A DNA stretch of 10,316 bases from Armatimonadota bacterium (GTDB lineage: Bacteria; Vulcanimicrobiota; JACPDS01; JBDRKI01). Each line of letters begins with the position of its first letter. Positions within the stretch are counted from its first letter, which is position 1. The translations under genes were made by a program, and so were the position numbers. Under the pieces are notes generated by a model that was not told the DNA's origin, made no database searches, and was given only the letters and a program-made list of their open reading frames with translations. Shown piece by piece: positions 1-7,464 of this stretch. The stretch lies in contig JBDRKI010000112.1 in assembly GCA_043814095.1 (NCBI GenBank), positions 1 through 10,316 of the forward strand, given 5' to 3'.

Positions 1-444
1 CTTCTTCTTGTGGTTGGAGACACCCAGAAACATAAATATAACGTTATGACTATCGGCTGGGGTTCTATAGGCATTCTCTGGCAGAAACCCGTGTTCTCGG
101 TTCTGGTAAGACCTACAAGATACAGCTACCATTTTATAGAGAAAAACGGTGAATTTACTATTAATGTGCCCGATCTTTCCATGAAAAATGAAGCATCATT
201 TTGCGGAACAAAGTCAGGCAGAGAATTTGATAAATTCAAGGAACTGGGCCTTAATTTAAAAGACTCAACTAAAATATCCATCCCTTATATAGACCGGTGC
301 GGGCTTACTTATGAATGCAGGACCATATACAAACAGAAACTTGATAAAAAATTAATACCCCATGAAGTAGATAAAAAGTTATACCCCAATAAAGACTACC
401 ATACCGTTTATTACGGAGAGATCCTCGCAGTACATAAGAAGTAA
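1..444 (+). CDS. Flavin reductase-like (FMN-binding split barrel, flavoredoxin-type) protein, 5'-truncated by the window edge
   Basis: Frame 1 is open from base 1 (LLLVVGD...). Motifs NVMTIGWG, VLVRPTRYSY, FTINVP, FCGTKSGREFDKF, YECR and DYHTVYYGEI are typical of this family. The start probably lies upstream of the window. Confidence 0.9.
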   Translation, partial: LLLVVGDTQKHKYNVMTIGWGSIGILWQKPVFSVLVRPTRYSYHFIEKNGEFTINVPDLSMKNEASFCGTKSGREFDKFKELGLNLKDSTKISIPYIDRCGLTYECRTIYKQKLDKKLIPHEVDKKLYPNKDYHTVYYGEILAVHKK

Positions 445-528
445 GTATGTCCAAAAATCATTTTTTTGTCTGAAATTTTATCCCTAATCGCTTAGTCGCC
501 TATATTCACGCTTTTGTTTAAAATAATC

Positions 529-1794
529 TCATTTCAACAGCCATTTCCATAGCGGAGTAAAAATTATCTTTTTGCCGTTAACCATTTCCTGCGCTTCTTT
601 ATCCCAAGTTATAATTTCTAAATTACCGCAGTTAAGCTCTTTTCCCGCCTCAATAAGAGCGGATATTTCTCTTTTTGCCGTATTATAATCTTCTATTTTG
701 TAGCATACCTGTATAAGCTTTTCAATAGTTATGCCTTTTTTAAGAACAAAATCAATTTCTTTTCCATTATTTGTTTTATAATAAAAAATATCTTTATTCG
801 CCCTATAACCTTTTGCAAGCGCGCCTATAAAAGTTAAGTTTTCCGTTAGTTTGCCAAAATTATTCGAAAATTGAAACGCCTTTGCCTGAATAAAACCATT
901 ATCTATAATATAAATTTTTTTAGGAGATTTAATTTGTTCTTTTGCTTTAAAAGAAAATCTGTTAAGAATGAAAAACAAATAAGATTCTTCCAAATAACTC
1001 AAATAGTTTTGAATAGTATGTGTGCTGCGAAAATCCAAAATATTTTTTAATTTGGTAAAACTAAATTCAGAAGACGTATTAGAAATTAAATAGACTGCTA
1101 AATCATATAATTTTTGCGGGTACCTTATTTTATATCTTTTAACCACATCCTTTAACAGCACGGCGTCAAAAAGTGTCTGCAGATAAATTTCCGGCTCCAT
1201 TTTTTTTACAACCACTTCCGGAAAACCACCGTTTTTAAGATATGCTTCAAAATAATTTAAAAGCTTTCCTTTCGTCTCTGGTATATCAAGCTCTTCCTCT
1301 TTAATATTATAATCCTGCGCTAATAAAAATTCCGAAAAACTAAATGGAAAAATTTCAATATTAATATGCCTTCCCGTCAAATTTGTTGCAAATTCTTTGC
1401 TTAAAAGCCTGGCGCTTGAACCAGTTAGAATTAAATTATATCCTCTTCTGTGAAGTTTGTTTGTAAAAATTTCCCATCCATCAAGATTTTGAATTTCATC
1501 AAAGAAAATATATTTAGGATCGGCATATACTTCAAAAATTCCTTTAATTATATCATCTGTATTTTTTGTCTTAATTAGTTTTTCATCATCAAAATTCACA
1601 TATGCAAAATTTTTGTCTTTTAAAAGCAAAAATGAAAAAACCGATTTTCCCGACCTTCTATGCCCGCTTATTACTTTTATAAGATCTGACTCTATAAGTT
1701 TTTCCGCAAAGCTTAATTTTTCTCTTTTTATATATTTATTGGCTAATAACTTTTCTTTTTCTAATTTATGCTGTAAAATAACATTTTTAAGCAT
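529..1794 (-). CDS. ATP-binding protein, AAA_14 ATPase + DUF4143 (nuclease-like C-terminus), 421 aa
   Basis: Walker A GHRRSGKS, Walker B FFDEIQ, then LTGSS, LTGR, GGFPE, KKIYIIDNG, ENL, and EIDF...IQVC. Start moved from the track's 1854 to ATG 1794, which has GAGGTGG 3 nt upstream and lies downstream of the promoter. Confidence 0.92.
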   Translation of the reverse strand: MLKNVILQHKLEKEKLLANKYIKREKLSFAEKLIESDLIKVISGHRRSGKSVFSFLLLKDKNFAYVNFDDEKLIKTKNTDDIIKGIFEVYADPKYIFFDEIQNLDGWEIFTNKLHRRGYNLILTGSSARLLSKEFATNLTGRHINIEIFPFSFSEFLLAQDYNIKEEELDIPETKGKLLNYFEAYLKNGGFPEVVVKKMEPEIYLQTLFDAVLLKDVVKRYKIRYPQKLYDLAVYLISNTSSEFSFTKLKNILDFRSTHTIQNYLSYLEESYLFFILNRFSFKAKEQIKSPKKIYIIDNGFIQAKAFQFSNNFGKLTENLTFIGALAKGYRANKDIFYYKTNNGKEIDFVLKKGITIEKLIQVCYKIEDYNTAKREISALIEAGKELNCGNLEIITWDKEAQEMVNGKKIIFTPLWKWLLK

Positions 1795-1808
1795 ATTCCA
1801 CCTCATGT

Positions 1809-1866
1809 TGCACAAAAAAAGCATATTTTGTGCATTACAGTTAGTATACTGCATAAAATATGCTTT
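1809..1866. repeat. Inverted repeat / candidate operator overlapping the promoter
   Basis: AAAGCATATTTTGTGCA (1818-1834) and TGCATAAAATATGCTTT (1850-1866) are reverse complements with 1 mismatch and a 15-nt spacer. A third partial arm, TGCACAAAA (1809-1817), is the exact reverse complement of TTTTGTGCA (1826-1834). Confidence 0.8.
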
Positions 1867-1871
1867 GTCAA
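1843..1871 (-). promoter_or_regulatory. Sigma70-type promoter for the AAA_14/DUF4143 gene
   Basis: Minus strand reads TTGACA (1871-1866), 17-nt spacer, TATACT (1848-1843). The -35 is perfect, the -10 matches 5/6, spacing is optimal, and it lies about 50 nt upstream of the ATG. Confidence 0.85.
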
Positions 1872-1980
1872 GCCGACTAAAGGTTAAGGACGATCCCCCT
1901 TATCTTTCGTGAATCGCAAAATCAAACCCCCTATCGATTGGCAAGATACTCGCAGTGCATAAGAAATAGTTTATCGGCTT
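1870..1980. repeat. Intergenic segment bracketed by a short imperfect inverted repeat
   Basis: AAGCCGACTAAA (1870-1881) pairs with TTTATCGGCTT (1970-1980) with one bulged base. Internal near-direct repeats are CCCCCTTATC (1895-1904) and CCCCCTATC (1927-1935). Confidence 0.4.
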
Positions 1981-3940
1981 ATTCAGCCGCAAGCTCTATA
2001 ATCCGGTCCCTCGCATAAAGAGCATCATCCGAATAAGGATCCTCACCTATAAATTTCCTGTAGCATTTTACGGCTTTGTCTTTCTGGTTGGCTCCGTCAT
2101 AATACTGACCGAGATAAAGATACGTCCACATATAACCGGGATCAAGCTCTATGTTTTTCTTTATCTGGGAAATAGCCTTAGTATAATTCTTCTCTTCTGC
2201 GGTATTATAGGAAACATATACATTTTCTTTTTCGGGATCAAAATATTCAAAAATACTGCCCTTACTGCCGACGGTAATGACTTTATACGGCTCTGTCATA
2301 ATAGCATCAGAAATAGAACAGTCTTTACTTTTTTTCCTTGCCGAATCCGCAAGCGAAGATTTTATATTAATATAGGTTTCTACTTTACTGGGACTCCTCT
2401 GTGTTTCCACTGCGGCATAATCATCATCGTCATGGGCGCTTAGTGTTGTAAGATACCCGCTGAATATATTGTCATATTCCCAGTAGCTACCTCCGTTCTC
2501 GGATTTTAAAAGTATGCCTATAAGGGAATAAACATGACCGTTTTCCACATAATAAAAGCCGCCGTTTATATAGCCGGTGCCGTCTTTGGTAAAGCATATG
2601 TCATCCAGTGTCAGTGTCGTGGGCGAATGCATTTTTTCCCATGTAAGGCCGGCGTCTTTTGTCCTTAATATAGTCCCTTCTCCCCCAACTGCCCAGCCGT
2701 TATCCTTATCCTTGAAGTAAATCGAATTTATCGGCTGTGATACAGGACATTTAAGCCTCTCCCAGCTATTCCCGCCGTCTTCAGTCTTTAAAATAATGCC
2801 TACAGACTGGCTTGTAGCGTTAAAAATCCCGACTAAAAGTGTCCCTACAAGACCTCCCCCGCCGTAAGCATTAAAATACGATTTCTGAGTGCCTCCCACA
2901 ATCCAGCCTGTTTTATCATCTACGAAATGAATATCGCTTAAATTTCTCTTAACGCCGCTTTCCTGCTCTGTCCAGGTTTTCCCGGCATCGTTCGTGTGAA
3001 GTATACAGCCCTTCTCTCCTGTTATCCACCCGAGATTTTCGTTTATAAACTCGATATACAGAAGATTTTTATCCGTAGGGCAGTCCACTTTCCCCCATGT
3101 TTTTCCCCCGTCTTTTGAAACAAGAATCGTACCCTTCTCCCCTACTATAAAATAAGTGTTGTTATTATACCTGCATATATCGCTTAATCCTTTATCCGTA
3201 CCGCTTTCAATTTTCCTGAAATAACTTTCTAGTTTTTCTTTCTTAGTCTTGGAAGGCTGGGATTCTAATTTCACGCTTAACTTTACATCCAGATTGTCTT
3301 CATCAATTAATACCTTTTCCGTATGCAGTTTATGATCTTTTTTATATACGGTAAGGGTATATTCTCTTGTTGTTAAATCCTCCAAAACAACGGGGGTTTT
3401 GCCTTCAAGATCTCCCTCCAGGAAAAGATCCGCGGAAGAAGGCTCGGTATTTACCTCAATCTTCCCTATAACAGGCATGTCAAAAACCTTAAAAGTAAGG
3501 TTTTTCATGTGTTTATCCGCTTCTTCTTCTCCAGCAAAGGTTCTCTCAAACTCCTTCTCTTCAGAGCTTTGTATGTCCACAATTTTAACTTTAACCGTAT
3601 ATCCCTCATCCGTTTTTGTATACAGGGGAAGAATATATTTTGAAGCGTTTAATATCGCGCAGGCTTTTTTGACGTATTCATCGTTAAGGTTAGCGGGGGG
3701 CAGGAGCTTGTTTTCGTATAAAGTTCTATTGCGCTCCTCAAGATCAACGATTTCCATTTTATTTCTTTGTTTTAAATATTCAACAAATTTTTCCGTGAGA
3801 TTTATTGAAGAGGTATAATCTCCCTTAACGACAAAATTAAACACGAGAACTCTTTCGGCTTCCTGGGTGAAGGCCGGCTTAAAGAATACAAACAGAAGCA
3901 TTAATGTGATTATAGAAAATAATAACTTTTTGTTTCTCAT
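1979..3940 (-). CDS. Exported multidomain protein: signal peptide + TolB-N/CsgG-like alpha/beta domain + PEGA + YCF48/BNR Asp-box beta-propeller + C-terminal TPR, 653 aa
   Basis: N-terminal MRNKK + hydrophobic stretch + PAFT. PEGA-like segment GKIEVNTEPSSADLFLEGDLEGKTP...YTLTVYK (aa ~159-226). Five Asp-boxes (SKDGGKTW, TNDAGKTW, TEDGGNSW, TKDAGLTW, SENGGSYW) with GWxVGxxGxIL blades. TPR-like end (AISQIKKNIELDP...YLYLGQYY...AVKCYRKFIGEDP). The N-terminal domain call is the weakest. Confidence 0.82.
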   Translation of the reverse strand: MRNKKLLFSIITLMLLFVFFKPAFTQEAERVLVFNFVVKGDYTSSINLTEKFVEYLKQRNKMEIVDLEERNRTLYENKLLPPANLNDEYVKKACAILNASKYILPLYTKTDEGYTVKVKIVDIQSSEEKEFERTFAGEEEADKHMKNLTFKVFDMPVIGKIEVNTEPSSADLFLEGDLEGKTPVVLEDLTTREYTLTVYKKDHKLHTEKVLIDEDNLDVKLSVKLESQPSKTKKEKLESYFRKIESGTDKGLSDICRYNNNTYFIVGEKGTILVSKDGGKTWGKVDCPTDKNLLYIEFINENLGWITGEKGCILHTNDAGKTWTEQESGVKRNLSDIHFVDDKTGWIVGGTQKSYFNAYGGGGLVGTLLVGIFNATSQSVGIILKTEDGGNSWERLKCPVSQPINSIYFKDKDNGWAVGGEGTILRTKDAGLTWEKMHSPTTLTLDDICFTKDGTGYINGGFYYVENGHVYSLIGILLKSENGGSYWEYDNIFSGYLTTLSAHDDDDYAAVETQRSPSKVETYINIKSSLADSARKKSKDCSISDAIMTEPYKVITVGSKGSIFEYFDPEKENVYVSYNTAEEKNYTKAISQIKKNIELDPGYMWTYLYLGQYYDGANQKDKAVKCYRKFIGEDPYSDDALYARDRIIELAAE

Positions 3941-3942
3941 GA

Positions 3943-5637
3943 TTATATACCCCCTTTCTTCATTCTTAAATCTTCCATTGTTTTATAGATACTGTCAGCC
4001 CTTTCTTTCTGGTCCGATGAAGAATAAATCACAAAGAGCATAAAATTCAACATTACATTCTCGGGGTCAAGTTTAATTACTTTCTTTATGCAGTTTTCGG
4101 CTTCTTCATATTTTTCTTCTTCTATGTAAATACCGGCTGCTTCAACGGCCGCGTCAAAAGAAGGTTTTATGCCGTAGATATTTTTAATGATTTGCTTCCC
4201 TTTTTCTTTTGAAAAACTGTTTGTGTGTAAAATATTCACAAGCTTTCTTAAAACAGGGATATCTTTGGGATTTTTCTCCAAAATTTTATTATACCGGTCA
4301 ACAGCTTTTTGAGGATATCCGGATACATCATAAGTAAGGGCTAAAAACTTTAAGGCTTCGGGGTTATCCTGCTTTGCCAGAATACCTTCGTACTCTTTCT
4401 CCGATGAGGCAAAGTCGCCGTTTAAAAGATACGCGTATGCCAGCTTTAACGCGGCGTTTATGTCTTGCGGCTTAACCTTAACAAGCTCCTTGGCGACCTC
4501 AAGCGCCTTTGCTCTCTCATCCGTACAAACATAGGCCTCATAAAGCTTTGTGTAATAATCGGTTTTATCCATCTTCTTTTCTTCTTTTTTCAGCTTTTTT
4601 ACATATTCGGTTTCTTCATCAAACTTTATATTGCCGGGACCCCATATACTGCTGGATTTTTTCAGCACAAGGACTATATAATGTATGCTTTTACCTACCC
4701 GGCTTACAGTAAAAGGGTCCGCAAAAAACAGCTTTTTGTACCAGTCAAAAGCCTGCCCGTATTCGTCTTTTACCATTAATTTGTAAAGATTTATAAAATT
4801 AGCGGCGCTATCCGTATCCAATTGCGGCACATTTTCTTTTTTGGCCAGAAATTCATCTATTTTTTCGTATTTTTTAAGTTTAAGCAGGCTGTACAGGTAA
4901 GGATAATATATATCGTCAAAATAAGGTCTTTCTTCCATTGCTTTTTCGTAATATTCGGCGCTTTCTTTATACTTATTATCTCTGTAATAACTTCTGGCTA
5001 TAAAATAATTAAGGTAGTAATTATCGGGCTGGCTGCTTAATACTTTCCTGAACCTGTCAACGGCTTTATCGTATTTGCCCGTATTATAATAATAAATGCC
5101 CATTATATAGTGCATCTTCATTTGTTCATCAGTGCCTTTAAAGTTTTTCTCTATGATCTTTTCGCCCTCTTTATCCTTTCCGAGCATTGATTTTGTATAA
5201 AGAAGACCCACGGCTGCTTTCATGTTGCGCGGTTCTTTTTCAAGTATTTTTTCAAAAACAACTTCGGACTCTTCAAAATTCTTCGTAAAAATACAGCTTC
5301 TCCCCATAAGGCTTAAGCCGGAGATATTTTCTTTATCCATCTCAAGAATTTTCTCCGCGGCATCTTTGGCTTTGCCGTATTCTTCCATATCCATGTAAAT
5401 ATCACCCAAAATAGCGTAAAGGCGGCATTTATCCTGAATGTTTTCAGCTTTCGCAATCTTTTCTTCAAGTTCCATTATGATCTTCAGGTACGGCTTTTCA
5501 AAGGGCTGATCTTCTTTTACCGGAGCTTTAAGTTCGCTGCTGAGCTCAGACAGATCCGTTACGGCAAAAGAAAAAGAAGTCAGCATAAAAGCAAAAAAAA
5601 GCGCTATGGAAATAATTTTCATTCCCTTGGTTTTCAT
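3943..5637 (-). CDS. Exported tetratricopeptide-repeat protein, 564 aa
   Basis: Signal peptide ending in SFA. Many TPR-like units, e.g. MGIYYYNTGKYDKAVDRFRKVLSSQPDN, IARSYYRDNKYKESAEYYEKAMEERP, LALTYDVSGYPQKAVDRYNKILEKNP, AAGIYIEEEKYEEAENCIKKVIKLDPEN. Confidence 0.9.
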   Translation of the reverse strand: MKTKGMKIISIALFFAFMLTSFSFAVTDLSELSSELKAPVKEDQPFEKPYLKIIMELEEKIAKAENIQDKCRLYAILGDIYMDMEEYGKAKDAAEKILEMDKENISGLSLMGRSCIFTKNFEESEVVFEKILEKEPRNMKAAVGLLYTKSMLGKDKEGEKIIEKNFKGTDEQMKMHYIMGIYYYNTGKYDKAVDRFRKVLSSQPDNYYLNYFIARSYYRDNKYKESAEYYEKAMEERPYFDDIYYPYLYSLLKLKKYEKIDEFLAKKENVPQLDTDSAANFINLYKLMVKDEYGQAFDWYKKLFFADPFTVSRVGKSIHYIVLVLKKSSSIWGPGNIKFDEETEYVKKLKKEEKKMDKTDYYTKLYEAYVCTDERAKALEVAKELVKVKPQDINAALKLAYAYLLNGDFASSEKEYEGILAKQDNPEALKFLALTYDVSGYPQKAVDRYNKILEKNPKDIPVLRKLVNILHTNSFSKEKGKQIIKNIYGIKPSFDAAVEAAGIYIEEEKYEEAENCIKKVIKLDPENVMLNFMLFVIYSSSDQKERADSIYKTMEDLRMKKGGI

Positions 5638-5660
5638 GATTTTTTACCCCCTTTTTATTT

Positions 5661-6953
5661 TTATGACCAAAATTGAGTTACAAGGGTATACAGCGGCATA
5701 AAGAGTGAGAGCATAATAACCAGTATTACGATGCCTAAAACGAAAATTATAACAGGTTCTATCATCGCAACCATACTGTCAAGCGCATAGAATACTTCTT
5801 CTTCAAAGTGCGATGCTATTCTTTTAAGAGAATACCCCAGATGCCCGCTTTCTTCTCCCACGGCAATTAAGCTCGAAAAAAACCTGGGAAAGAGTTTTTG
5901 TTTCTCCGATAATCCCTTAGATATGCTTTCGCCTTTATCTATAATACTCTTAAATACAGATTTAATCTCCTGCCTGTAAAAAGAATTATCTATTGATTTG
6001 ACAGCTATATCCAGAGAATCGGTTAGGTTTATGCCGTCTTCATATAAAGTGCCGAGAGCCCTTGTAAACCTGCTTATGGTAATATTTCTAATAACAGGGC
6101 CTATTCCCGGCATAGTTAAGATAAATTTATCTATATTATACCTGCCTGCCGGAGTTTTTATATAAATACCCATAAGAAGAAAAAGAAGAGCTGTTGTAAA
6201 AAATATTCCTATAAGATTAACGGGATTCCTTATAAAATCAGTAAGAGAAATTAAGATTTTTGTATAAACAGGCAGTTCAACTTTATATGATTTAAACATG
6301 GAGGCGAATGTGGGAAAAATATATATCGTAAGAAAAGCCACCGCTAAAACCGCAAAAATAAGAATAATAACGGGGTAAACCAAAGATGATACGGTTTTTT
6401 TAATTATCCTGTTTTCTTTCTCATAATAATCCGCAAGATCCATTAAAATCTTGGCAAGATTCCCGCCTCTCTCTCCCACAGCAATTAAGTTAATAAATAA
6501 GGATGGATAAAGAGTCCCTTCTTTAGCAAAGGCATCTGAAATAGATGATCCGTCATGTATATGTTTGCTCACCCTTATTAAGGAATGCTTCAAAGTCGCA
6601 TTCCTGGAGTTTTCCGAGAGAACTTCCAGTATTCTTAAAATATTTATATTTGATTTATATAAAACGGTAAACTCCCTTAAAAATATTATAAAATCATCGT
6701 ATTTTATTTTCGGTGAAAATATGATGATTTTTTCTAAAAACAGAAAAAAATCATTTTTGCTTTTCTTGATCTTTTCTTTGCGCAAGGTCTCTGCTTCTTC
6801 TAACCCGGGAAGCTTATCCCCCTCAACCACGTCTATTACTGCAATACCCTGTTCAATAAGCAGGCTTTTCGCGTCATAGGTATTAAATGCTTCTATTGTA
6901 GCTGTTTTAATCTTGCCTTTTTTATCATAATAAGAATAGGTAAATGTCCGCAT
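5661..6953 (-). CDS. pilC: Type II secretion system F family / type IV pilus platform protein (PilC/GspF), 430 aa
   Basis: N-terminal F.Y...D.KG....IEA motif. Two GspF repeats (AVGERGGNLAKILMDLADYYE; AVGEESGHLGYSLKRIASHFEEEV), SLVYP, IFPTFASMF, ELPVYTK, MIEP, and C-terminal SLFMPLY. Three hydrophobic TM segments. Confidence 0.92.
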   Translation of the reverse strand: MRTFTYSYYDKKGKIKTATIEAFNTYDAKSLLIEQGIAVIDVVEGDKLPGLEEAETLRKEKIKKSKNDFFLFLEKIIIFSPKIKYDDFIIFLREFTVLYKSNINILRILEVLSENSRNATLKHSLIRVSKHIHDGSSISDAFAKEGTLYPSLFINLIAVGERGGNLAKILMDLADYYEKENRIIKKTVSSLVYPVIILIFAVLAVAFLTIYIFPTFASMFKSYKVELPVYTKILISLTDFIRNPVNLIGIFFTTALLFLLMGIYIKTPAGRYNIDKFILTMPGIGPVIRNITISRFTRALGTLYEDGINLTDSLDIAVKSIDNSFYRQEIKSVFKSIIDKGESISKGLSEKQKLFPRFFSSLIAVGEESGHLGYSLKRIASHFEEEVFYALDSMVAMIEPVIIFVLGIVILVIMLSLFMPLYTLVTQFWS

Positions 6954-6966
6954 TAATATAATACCC

Positions 6967-7449
6967 CTAATTTAATTTTAGAATCTCACTTATGCTGCCG
7001 TTTTTATAAACTTTTATACCGTAAAAATCTTTATTTTTCATTTTTATTATTATAATTTTATCTTCTGCCGAATCCAGTGTCCCGTCTTTTTTAAACCTGC
7101 ATTCCCCGCCGGGAATTGAGATCCTTATATTCCCTCCGTACTGCGCAAGACTCACAACTTTCTCCGAGGGAGTACTGTTATATAAATCATCCTGGTATTT
7201 ATAATCTTTATATCCCCAGCTGTCCTGCTGAGTCCCGTTTAAAATGCCTGCCGAGTAACCCGGTTCGTATGTTAAAACTTTATTTTTGACATGAAGAAGG
7301 TCGGACCTGACCACTCCTGCGGCGTAATAGGCCTGTGATACCGATTTCCTGCCGGCCTGAGTATACAAAGCAATAACTATAACGGCTGCCACTATAACCG
7401 TAACTATTAACAGTTCTACTAATGTAAATCCTTTTATGTGTCTTTTCAT
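6967..7449 (-). CDS. Prepilin-type protein, FimT/FimU/GspH-like minor (pseudo)pilin
   Basis: Class III signal MKRHIKG|FTLVELLIVTVIVAAVIVIALY with Glu+5. C-terminal pattern RFKKDG...IKVYKNG.I resembles GspH/FimT. ATG 7449 is preferred over GTG 7458 because AGGTG lies 6 nt upstream of it. Confidence 0.8.
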   Translation of the reverse strand: MKRHIKGFTLVELLIVTVIVAAVIVIALYTQAGRKSVSQAYYAAGVVRSDLLHVKNKVLTYEPGYSAGILNGTQQDSWGYKDYKYQDDLYNSTPSEKVVSLAQYGGNIRISIPGGECRFKKDGTLDSAEDKIIIIKMKNKDFYGIKVYKNGSISEILKLN

Positions 7450-7464
7450 GTCCTGCACCTGAAT

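Noticed and set aside
445-528. Bidirectional terminator between the convergent genes
   Set aside because: Only a weak A/T pairing (CAAAAA...TTTTTG); there is no GC-rich stem.
1795-1854. 20-aa N-terminal extension of the ATPase in the ORF track
   Set aside because: It overlaps the -10 box and the inverted repeat. The good RBS sits before ATG 1794.
1613-1912. 99-aa plus-strand ORF
   Set aside because: Antisense shadow of the ATPase gene and promoter, with no recognisable motif.
1870-1980. Integron attC site interpretation of the bulged inverted repeat
   Set aside because: No properly placed RYYYAAC/GTTRRRY core pair, the interior is not self-complementary, and no integrase is in view.
2230-3220. 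Photosystem II assembly factor Ycf48 or sialidase call for the propeller
   Set aside because: Asp-box propellers are widespread. There is no photosynthesis context and no sialidase (F)RIP motif was seen.
3399-5040. Plus-strand ORFs 3399-3818, 4465-4779, 4509-4712 and 4822-5040
   Set aside because: They are antisense to well-supported genes, and their Phe/Ser/Ile-rich composition is what the reverse of Lys/Glu-rich coding DNA produces.
5593-5600. A8 tract in the TPR signal-peptide coding region as a phase-variation site
   Set aside because: Runs of 7-8 A/T are common in this AT-rich window and the frame is intact.
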